Assembly (NCBI GenBank): GCA_020848595.1
Contig: JADLHV010000099.1
Location: 1 to 27,809, forward strand
Reading direction: 5' to 3'
DNA length: 27,809 nucleotides
From: Bacteroidia bacterium
GTDB taxonomy: Bacteria > Bacteroidota > Bacteroidia > NS11-12g > UBA955
Below, piece after piece: positions 7,821 to 15,190 of the stretch (within the stretch, counting starts at the first letter, position 1; every line of letters begins with the position of its first letter). A program made the position numbers and the translations under genes. A model generated the notes under the pieces. The model searched no databases. It was given only the letters and a program-made list of their open reading frames with translations, and was not told the DNA's origin.

Positions 7821-7958
7821 AAGTTCGACATTTCGCCAATTGCCTCCACGAAAAAGAGAGCGAGAATGAGAGCCAAAGCGACATTCGATGCTCTCTTTTT
7901 TTTTATCCTCTGAAGTTTAAACGAAAGAGGGTTCGCTCTCATTCTCATAATTTCACCC
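7821..7958 (+). repeat. Element copy 1: T-loop-like GTTCGAC + TTTCGCCAATTGCCT + terminator-like hairpin (att-like scar)
   Basis: AAGTTCGACA (7821-7830) and TTTCGCCAATTGCCT (7831-7845) recur at 9732-9741 and 9777-9791; hairpin AAAAAGAGAGC/GCTCTCTTTTT; ends in TTTCACCC. Confidence 0.6.
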
Positions 7959-8051
7959 CATATCGTGATAGAACGTGACTCGTCCTAAAAAAAATACACA
8001 AAGACGTGAAATAACGATTGTAACTAAACTGTATTTCATGAATTATTTAAG

Positions 8052-8059
8052 TATATTTG
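8052..8059 (+). promoter_or_regulatory. -7 box TATATTTG
   Basis: Exact consensus 11 nt upstream of the ATG at 8071; argues against the GTG start at 7975. Confidence 0.5.
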
Positions 8060-8070
8060 TTCGAGTATAT

Positions 8071-9504
8071 ATGTTTTTATATTTAAAAGTTACAAATATT
8101 TTTCTTTTAATTGTTCTTTTTGGCACTAATGTAAATGCACAAATTACATATTTCAAAAACGTTCATTTACCAATTCAAGATTCAATTCTTGAAGGAAGTA
8201 GAGGCGAAAAAGTCTTATACCTAAATGGTTATTTCTACTCTTTAAATAGAACTTTAGTAAAGATTTCGCCTCAAGTTGAAAAGAATCAGATTTACTTTGT
8301 TAAATACAACCTGCAAGGAGATACCTTATTTGCAAAAAAAATAATAGAGGATACCTTATCTTTTGCTTACTTAAATTCAAGGTTGGTCGTAAATTCTTCA
8401 AAAGATGGATTTAAGTTTAGTTATTCAAGAAGTCCAGGTAACTATAAGAGTAATCTATTTAATTTTATTGTTTACATTGATACCCAAGGGGTAATTACTA
8501 AAAATCTTAAACAAAATGTAACAACGGATAATAATTATTACTCTTCTAATATAAAAACAATTTTCATAGAAGATTCCACTTATGGAATTGTAAATCAATT
8601 TGGAAAGAATGTCGATACTGCAATCAGCTATTTAATTAAATGGGTAGACGATAAAAGATATGATACTATTATAAAAAATGGCAATCAAAACCCATTTAGT
8701 TATTATATTGATTTAAAAAAAATAAGCAACGATAAATATGTTTTGTTTGAAGTTATCAAATATCCAAAAAGTGGTTTGCATGGCGATGGAAAGACAAATA
8801 TTAAAGTTTATGACAAGAATTTCAATATTATATTTATTCGTATTTTAAAAGGCTATTTTAATTTTATTGACTGCATATCAATACAAGATACATTAAATAT
8901 ATTAGCAACATACAGTTATCCATTTCAAATTCAAAACAACTTATTGAAGCATAGTTTTCATAAAATAAATCACAATGGTGACTCCATAATGAGTATTTCT
9001 TTTAAACCATATTATACAGATACTGCAACCAATACAAATGAATTAATTTATTTAAATTCTAAATTTTATATAGGTTCTCAGAGGTTTTTAAGCAGAATTG
9101 ATAGTAATTCTATTAAATTTCTTAAAGATATGCGAAATATTAGAATTTACAATTACTGTAAATTCAATGATAGTTTATTAGGTTTTGTTGGCACTTCGTA
9201 TGATTATACTTTGTCCAATATTGGAATTATGTCACAAGAAGGTCAAATTGTTTCTTTATCTAAAATTAATGAAGGAAATAAATTTGCCATATACCCCAAC
9301 CCTTCAAGAAATGGAAATATGTTTATTAATTCTAATCATCTTCCAACACAAATTAAAATCTACAATGCATTAGGACAACTGGTTTTTGAAAACAAAACAA
9401 TAAATACACTTCAATTAGAGACAGATTTAAATTCTGGAATTTATTTTATAGAAATTTTAGTCGAAGGTAATTATTGTTATTTCAAATGGGTGGTTGATCG
9501 TTAG
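8071..9504 (+). CDS. T9SS type A cargo protein, N-terminal domain unassigned
   Basis: Signal MFLYLKVTNIFLLIVLFGTNVNA-Q; CTD IYPNPSRNG...IYNALGQLV...SGIYFI; very AT-rich. Confidence 0.8.
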   Translation: MFLYLKVTNIFLLIVLFGTNVNAQITYFKNVHLPIQDSILEGSRGEKVLYLNGYFYSLNRTLVKISPQVEKNQIYFVKYNLQGDTLFAKKIIEDTLSFAYLNSRLVVNSSKDGFKFSYSRSPGNYKSNLFNFIVYIDTQGVITKNLKQNVTTDNNYYSSNIKTIFIEDSTYGIVNQFGKNVDTAISYLIKWVDDKRYDTIIKNGNQNPFSYYIDLKKISNDKYVLFEVIKYPKSGLHGDGKTNIKVYDKNFNIIFIRILKGYFNFIDCISIQDTLNILATYSYPFQIQNNLLKHSFHKINHNGDSIMSISFKPYYTDTATNTNELIYLNSKFYIGSQRFLSRIDSNSIKFLKDMRNIRIYNYCKFNDSLLGFVGTSYDYTLSNIGIMSQEGQIVSLSKINEGNKFAIYPNPSRNGNMFINSNHLPTQIKIYNALGQLVFENKTINTLQLETDLNSGIYFIEILVEGNYCYFKWVVDR

Positions 9505-9731
9505 TTCTATTGGGGTTTTCACACATTCTAAAAGATTAATTTTGTTTAACAAAGGGCACAAACGATAAAAATTGTTTAGTTATTACTATAAAAAAATTAG
9601 TTACACCACTTTCCAACTATGAAAACTAAACCAACTATTCCCATCTTTGCATCAATTCAAAATCTCACACAAAATTTATTATATTTTGTGACTTAATTCC
9701 CTGAAAAATAGTTAATTAATTCAAATTGAAT

Positions 9732-9862
9732 AAGTTCGACAACTTGGCGTAAGCATTCTCACGACCGAAGGAAGTATTTCGCCAATTGCCTTCACCTTCT
9801 AGCAGAGAAACCCTGAAAGCAATACTCAGGGTTTTTTATGAAAATTCTTCAGGGTTTCACCC
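9732..9862 (+). repeat. Element copy 2 with a 35-nt internal insertion
   Basis: Same two motifs as 7821-7845, separated by insertion 9742-9776; hairpin AAACCCTGA/TCAGGGTTT plus T run; ends in TTTCACCC. Confidence 0.6.
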
Positions 9863-10191
9863 AATGGTAGAATAAATTCACCACAAGGCAATGCAGTTCA
9901 GGGCATATACTATAGCGTGATTTAATCGAAAAATTCTAAGACTAGGAATTCCCTTCAAAAAAAATAAAATGCAATTATGGCAATAAATAACTTAATGAAT
10001 TATGGCAATTTAGAGTAGCACTCTCATTTCTAATTTGAGCATTTCGCCTACGGCCTATTACAAACTGTCACAAAAATGTCATATTCATTATATAATGAAA
10101 CTTTCAATTTAATTCTTACGTCTATATTCACAAATAGGATAACTATTTCGATAACTAATGAGATTATCCCATTTCATACGCTGATGCAAAG

Positions 10192-10230
10192 AAGCTGCCG
10201 GATTACCTATGCCGGTGGCTTTTTTGTTTT
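10192..10230 (+). terminator. Intrinsic terminator hairpin upstream of the oxidoreductase
   Basis: AAGCTGCCGG/CCGGTGGCTT stem with two G-U pairs (valid only on the plus strand) followed by a T run. Confidence 0.7.
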
Positions 10231-10306
10231 TAAACCCAAATCATTTTAACTTCATCGAAATACCCTGCTTTGATTTCTTATCTAGTTTACTTTGCAGGTT
10301 ATTAAT

Positions 10307-11269
10307 ATGAAAGCTGCAGTAAATACTCAATATGGTCCACCAGAAGTCGTTAGTATTCAAGAAATCCCAATTCCAATACCTAATCCAAACCAGATTTTAA
10401 TAAAAGTGCATTATGCTACAGTTAATCGAACAGATTGCGGTTTCAGAAGCGCCGAATATTTTATTTCTAGATTTTTTAGTGGATTACTTAAACCTCATTT
10501 CAATACTCTTGGTTGCGAATTTTCAGGTACAATTATTTCACTCGGTAAACAAGTGACTCAATTTAACGTTGGAGATAGAATTTTTGGATTCAATGACAAA
10601 CACTTTGGAGCTCATGCCGAATATCAATTACTTAATATGAATGACCCCATTGGCATTATTCCTGATGAGGTAAATTTTGAAACTGCTGCTTGCCTTTGCG
10701 AAGGAGGACATTACGCTCTCTCAGATATCAAAGCCGTAAAAATTAAAAAAGGAGATAAAGTTTTAATTAATGGCGCTACAGGAGCAATTGGTTCTGCCGC
10801 TATTCAAATTTGTGTTCACTTAGGAGCCGATGTAACTGCAGTTTGTGCAACTGAAAACATTTCCCTAATCGAATCTCTTCATCCAGCCAAAATTATTGAT
10901 TATAAAAAAGAAGATTTTACTCAAACTAATGATAAATATGATTGGATCTTTGATGCTGTTGGTAAAAGCAGTTTTGGTAAATGTAAAAATATTTTAAATC
11001 AAAATGGTATTTATATCTCTACTGAATTAGGCCCATATTGGGAAAATCCTTTGCGCGCATTATTCATCTCTCCATTTAGTAAAAAGAAAGTTTTATTTCC
11101 TATACCATCAATTAAAACGGAGGATATAAACTACTTATTACATTTACACTTAAATGGGCACTATAACCCTCTAATTGACCGAATTTACGAACTAGACCAA
11201 ATTGTTGAAGCATATCATTATGTTGAATCTGGCTTTAAAAATGGAAACGTTCTATTAAGAATATCCTAA
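10307..11269 (+). CDS. NAD(P)-dependent alcohol dehydrogenase / quinone oxidoreductase-like MDR enzyme
   Basis: MKAAV...YGPPEV start (ATG 10307 preferred to TTG 10292), LGCEFSG, Rossmann LINGATGAIG, DAVGK, C-terminal KNGNVLL. Confidence 0.88.
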   Translation: MKAAVNTQYGPPEVVSIQEIPIPIPNPNQILIKVHYATVNRTDCGFRSAEYFISRFFSGLLKPHFNTLGCEFSGTIISLGKQVTQFNVGDRIFGFNDKHFGAHAEYQLLNMNDPIGIIPDEVNFETAACLCEGGHYALSDIKAVKIKKGDKVLINGATGAIGSAAIQICVHLGADVTAVCATENISLIESLHPAKIIDYKKEDFTQTNDKYDWIFDAVGKSSFGKCKNILNQNGIYISTELGPYWENPLRALFISPFSKKKVLFPIPSIKTEDINYLLHLHLNGHYNPLIDRIYELDQIVEAYHYVESGFKNGNVLLRIS

Positions 11270-11324
11270 CAAATAATTGGCAATTCAATCTATTTTATCG
11301 AATTTCGAATCAAAATCTTAATCG

Positions 11325-12035
11325 ATGAATAGATTCTATTTGTTTTCAATTTGTTTCGCTTTTATATTTTCAAATACTGCTTGTAATAATAAATCAAAAT
11401 CAGTAACAGACAATTCTAACATAATTGTTGTAAACGATTCAGTTAAAACAAATATTAGTCGATTTAGTATAGACACGGCTGATATTCCTAAAGAAATTGA
11501 CATACAAGGCATTGCTGATTCGGTTATCCATTGGACGGATAAATCTGGTGAATACATTGCTGTTAGAACTAAAACTTTACCGTATCAGACAGTAGATTCT
11601 GTTAACAATATTTTACTTAATAATGTCGATTTATATGTGTACTGTTTTAAGTTTAACCCTACTAATCAAAAATATGAACGTATATGGCATATCCATGACT
11701 TTGTAAAAGATTGTGAATTTGATTTATTGGCGGATTTTTTTAATGATGTATTCGAAATAACTGATTTAAACAATAATGAAATTCCAGAAATATGGACCAT
11801 GTATAGAACGGCTTGTCGAAGCGATGTGAGTCCTTGCGAAATGAAAATAATAATATACGAAGGCGTTAATAAATTCGCTATGCGTGGCACTCAACTTATT
11901 CAATTAAGTAAAACAGAAAAATACGGCGGTGAATTTGTATTAGATAAAGCCCTCACTAATGCAGATTCTCTTATCATTGAGCATGCTAAATCTCTTTGGA
12001 ATATGCATCTTAAAGAACAATTTGACACCAATTAA
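11325..12035 (+). CDS. Lipoprotein resembling the M949_RS01915 family
   Basis: Lipobox NTA-C; HDFVKDCEFD, TDLNNNEIPEIW, ACRSDVSP, KFAMRG motifs (recognised from memory). Confidence 0.6.
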   Translation: MNRFYLFSICFAFIFSNTACNNKSKSVTDNSNIIVVNDSVKTNISRFSIDTADIPKEIDIQGIADSVIHWTDKSGEYIAVRTKTLPYQTVDSVNNILLNNVDLYVYCFKFNPTNQKYERIWHIHDFVKDCEFDLLADFFNDVFEITDLNNNEIPEIWTMYRTACRSDVSPCEMKIIIYEGVNKFAMRGTQLIQLSKTEKYGGEFVLDKALTNADSLIIEHAKSLWNMHLKEQFDTN

Positions 12036-12044
12036 ATTTCAATT

Positions 12045-12410
12045 ATGTTGTGTAAACCTATTAATTTAAAAGAAAAACTAAATTTATTTAATGACCATTG
12101 GCACCCCAGAATTCTTGCTGAACTCAATGGACAACAAGTTAAAATCGCCAAACTTAAAGGTGAATTCACCTGGCATAAACACGACAACGAAGACGAATTA
12201 TTCTTAGTATTAAGCGGTGTTTTAATAATTGAAATGCGCGACAAAACAGTTACAATCAATGAAAATGAATTTGTGGTAATTCCTAAGGGCATTGAACACA
12301 AACCTATTGCCGAAAATGAAGTTCATGTTTTACTTTTCGAACCATCTAGTACTATTAATACTGGTAACATAAAAAACGAAAACACAAAGGAAAAACTAGA
12401 TTGGATTTGA
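12045..12410 (+). CDS. Cupin domain protein
   Basis: GEFTWHKHDNEDELFLV and IPKGIEHKP metal-binding cupin motifs. Confidence 0.9.
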   Translation: MLCKPINLKEKLNLFNDHWHPRILAELNGQQVKIAKLKGEFTWHKHDNEDELFLVLSGVLIIEMRDKTVTINENEFVVIPKGIEHKPIAENEVHVLLFEPSSTINTGNIKNENTKEKLDWI

Positions 12411-12582
12411 TTTTAGTCTGCAATTCTGCGACCTTTTATTATACGCAAACAACGACATCTAAATAGGAATATTATAACCACATTTACAAAGCTATTTTAG
12501 CCATGTTATTAATTTACTTTAAAACTAAAAAAGCCATCCAAAATCATCCAATCTATAATAAATCAATTCAATAAAACAAACG

Positions 12583-13017
12583 ATGATTCGCTCATATAAT
12601 CCTATTGATAAAAATGCTTTGATTTCTATCATGCAGGAATTAATTCCAGAGTATTTTGACCCTTCTGAAATTGAAGCATACAAACATTATCTTGAACATG
12701 AAATCGAAGAGTATTTTGTTATAGAACACCAAGGGAAGATTATAGGTGGTGGTGGAATCAATTATTTAACTGAATTGTTAGAAACACGTATTAGCTGGGA
12801 TTTAATTCACACGAAATACCAAGGAAAAGGATTTGGAAAGGAAATCCTATCTCATAGAATAAAGCATATCAAAAAAACTGCACCTAATCAACCAATTATT
12901 GTTAGAACATCTCAACATACTTATCAATTTTATGAAAAAAATGGCTTTGCTATAAATCAAATTGTGAAAGATTTCTGGAGTCCTGGATATGATCTATATT
13001 ATATGACATTACTATAG
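12583..13017 (+). CDS. GNAT family N-acetyltransferase
   Basis: IIGGGG, HTKYQGKGFG (motif A), FYEKNGF. Confidence 0.88.
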   Translation: MIRSYNPIDKNALISIMQELIPEYFDPSEIEAYKHYLEHEIEEYFVIEHQGKIIGGGGINYLTELLETRISWDLIHTKYQGKGFGKEILSHRIKHIKKTAPNQPIIVRTSQHTYQFYEKNGFAINQIVKDFWSPGYDLYYMTLL

Positions 13018-13172
13018 AAAATATTTATACTATTATATTTTGCAACGATTGATATAAGAGCTAATAAATAACTAGCGCATTTTAAATAATTTAAAAAAAA
13101 CTATTTAAATAGTCACATCTTGCGCTCAAAAATTGAAAAAACAAAAAAGCACTTTAATCCATAATGAAATGA

Positions 13173-13206
13173 TTTGAAGTAAAAAGAAATCTATTCTATA
13201 CATTTG
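13173..13206 (+). promoter_or_regulatory. Bacteroidota promoter: -33 TTTG and -7 TACATTTG
   Basis: TTTG at 13173-13176 and TACATTTG at 13199-13206 with 22-nt spacing. Confidence 0.55.
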
Positions 13207-13217
13207 TGAATCAAACC

Positions 13218-13685
13218 ATGAAAATCAAAATTACTGAAACAGCCGATCCATTGCTATTAACGCAACTGAATAAAGAAGTTCAAAACTTGCATGCAACAAT
13301 GCAACCTCATATATTCAAACCATTTGACGAACAAGCAATAGAAATGGCCATGAGAAAGATAGTGAGCACGCCGAACAATAAATGTCATATAGCTAGTATA
13401 GGATCGGAGATTTGCGGGTATATGATATCCTATATTCGAGAATATCCCGAAACAGCCTTTACAATATCCAGAAAATCATTATACATTGATCAAATAGCCG
13501 TAATTGCAGGACAACGTAATAAGGGCATCGGTAAAGCCTTATTAAAATATGCTTATCATATGGCTATTTATGCGAATATTAGGAGAATTGAGCTCGACCA
13601 TTGGACGAGTAACTCACCTGCATCACAATTTTTCAAGAACAATGGTTTCAGTTTGTACCGTGAAATGTTGATGAAAGAAATGTAG
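13218..13685 (+). CDS. GNAT family N-acetyltransferase
   Basis: LYIDQIAV...QRNKGIGKALL motif A, FFKNNGF. ATG 13218 preferred because GTG 13206 overlaps the -7 box. Confidence 0.88.
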   Translation: MKIKITETADPLLLTQLNKEVQNLHATMQPHIFKPFDEQAIEMAMRKIVSTPNNKCHIASIGSEICGYMISYIREYPETAFTISRKSLYIDQIAVIAGQRNKGIGKALLKYAYHMAIYANIRRIELDHWTSNSPASQFFKNNGFSLYREMLMKEM

Positions 13686-13688
13686 GAC

Positions 13689-14129
13689 TTAAAACAGACC
13701 TTTAACTTTTCCTAGGATATCACCTATACCACCGCCATTACCAGATACAGAACTAATAATATCTTGCAAATCGAAACTATTATCGTTAGGATCATTGGTT
13801 TTGTTTACAAATTTCTCCATCACTTGAGGAACAAGTTTACTTACTATTCCTTGAGCTTGAGAAGCATCTAAACCCAATTTATCCATAAGTTTACCAGCAA
13901 CACCACCCGCAATATTTGCAATTTCTGGATTTGAACTTACATTTCCGCCCTTAAACATATCCATAATAGAGTTTAATCCACCACCTGAGCCTAATTGCTT
14001 TAAATGATCCATAATTCCCTCAGAAGCTAAGCCCACTGCTTCATCATTTCTTTCATTTGGAACAGATGGGTTATTAATGATGGCATCACCAGCATTTTCT
14101 TGTACTAATTTTAAAAGATTTTCAAACAT
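13689..14129 (-). CDS. Conserved hypothetical Gly-rich protein (DUF937/YidB-like)
   Basis: DAIINNP.VPNERND, LIPQV-like LVPQVMEK, terminal GDILGKVKGLF; clean ORF with its own promoter. Confidence 0.65.
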   Translation of the reverse strand: MFENLLKLVQENAGDAIINNPSVPNERNDEAVGLASEGIMDHLKQLGSGGGLNSIMDMFKGGNVSSNPEIANIAGGVAGKLMDKLGLDASQAQGIVSKLVPQVMEKFVNKTNDPNDNSFDLQDIISSVSGNGGGIGDILGKVKGLF

Positions 14130-14148
14130 AATTAAATTTAAATTGCTT

Positions 14149-14156
14149 CAAATTTA
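14149..14156 (-). promoter_or_regulatory. -7 box TAAATTTG
   Basis: Exact consensus 19 nt upstream of the ATG at 14129. Confidence 0.55.
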
Positions 14157-14262
14157 ATCGTTACCATGGAGTTATAGGTTATGACTATATAAAAAAATAG
14201 CAAATAAATCGAGAGAACAACTCAACTTATTGATTTAAAGACAGTATCAGAAATAATGAAAA

Positions 14263-14826
14263 TTAAACGGTCATAATTTCTTTTTCTTTTTCAATCACCA
14301 TAGCATCAATTTTGGAAATAAGTGCATCTAATTGTTTTTGAACCTTATTTTCAGAATCTTTTGCTTCATCTTCACTCAAACCATCTTTTTGAAGTTTTTT
14401 TATTTTTTCGTTTGTGTCTTTACGATAATTGCGCGCTACCACTTTACTTGCTTCACCTTCTTGTTTCACCATTTTGACCAATTGTTGTCTGCGTTCTTCG
14501 GTCATTGGAGGGATAGTAATACGAATAGCAAGTCCATCATTATTAGGAGCAAAGCCTAAATTGCTATTAATAATTGCGCGTTCGATATCATTAATAATAT
14601 TTTTTTCCCAAGGTTGGACCATAATAGTTCTAACATCTGGTGAAGAGACATTAGCCACTTGAGTTAAAGGAACTGGAGCACCGTAATATTCTACCATGAC
14701 GCTTTCGAGCATTCCTGGAGAAGCTTTTCCTGCGCGGATATTAGAGAATTCATGATTGGTGTGATTGATACACTTTTCGAGATTCTGGCTGAAATCGTTT
14801 AAAACATCGCTAATTGTTTGGCTCAT
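14263..14826 (-). CDS. frr: Ribosome recycling factor
   Basis: IRAGKASP, VEYYG...PLTQVA, PPMTEERRQQLVK, KEKEIMTV. Confidence 0.97.
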   Translation of the reverse strand: MSQTISDVLNDFSQNLEKCINHTNHEFSNIRAGKASPGMLESVMVEYYGAPVPLTQVANVSSPDVRTIMVQPWEKNIINDIERAIINSNLGFAPNNDGLAIRITIPPMTEERRQQLVKMVKQEGEASKVVARNYRKDTNEKIKKLQKDGLSEDEAKDSENKVQKQLDALISKIDAMVIEKEKEIMTV

Positions 14827-14934
14827 GATTAATTTTGGTAATAGACTTGCAAAGCAAAAGATTTAAATAAACTTTTAAAAATTTTTTATAAAAAATTCTC
14901 GTCAAAATTTATTCTCAATGTTTCAGATAATATG

Positions 14935-14942
14935 TACCTTTG
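14935..14942 (+). promoter_or_regulatory. -7 box TACCTTTG for tatA-gatA
   Basis: Exact consensus 21 nt upstream of the tatA ATG. Confidence 0.6.
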
Positions 14943-14963
14943 TCAGATTAATTTAACAAATCG

Positions 14964-15176
14964 ATGTCATTATTAATTTTAGGCAACCTTGGGCCAACAG
15001 AGATCATCCTTATCGTCGCAATCGTATTGATTTTTTTCGGAGGAAAGAAAATTCCAGAATTGATGCGTGGTCTTGGCAATGGTATTCGCGAATTCAACGA
15101 AGCTAAGAATAACGTCAAATCTGAAATAGAAAAAGGCATTAAGGAAAAACCTGCTGATTCAAACGAGAAAAATTAG
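14964..15176 (+). CDS. tatA: Twin-arginine translocase TatA/TatE subunit
   Basis: [35 protein letters not shown]. Confidence 0.95.
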   Translation: MSLLILGNLGPTEIILIVAIVLIFFGGKKIPELMRGLGNGIREFNEAKNNVKSEIEKGIKEKPADSNEKN

Positions 15177-15190
15177 TCTTTTCCCTGTTG

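Noticed and set aside
7975-8070. Longer GTG-initiated N-terminus of the T9SS cargo gene
   Set aside because: It contains the -7 box and precedes a clean signal peptide starting at 8071
9619-9696. 25-codon ORF MKTKPTIPIFASIQNLTQNLLYFVT
   Set aside because: No motif, no exact promoter box, and a length expected by chance
7821-9862. Interpreting the two repeated elements as additional tRNA genes or a CRISPR array
   Set aside because: No cloverleaf can be built, and there are only two copies 1.9 kb apart with no regular spacers
9973-10009. Direct repeat AATTATGGCAAT x2 at 25-nt spacing
   Set aside because: Only two copies of an AT-rich 12-mer; near chance level in this composition, and not a CRISPR
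10084-10099. Perfect 16-bp palindrome TTCATTATATAATGAA
   Set aside because: Almost all A/T, so one or two such palindromes are plausible by chance in 28 kb. It could be an operator, but no regulator gene is nearby.
7565-13065. ATAAGAGCTAAT present at 7565 and 13054
   Set aside because: A distant AT-rich 12-mer match is expected by chance
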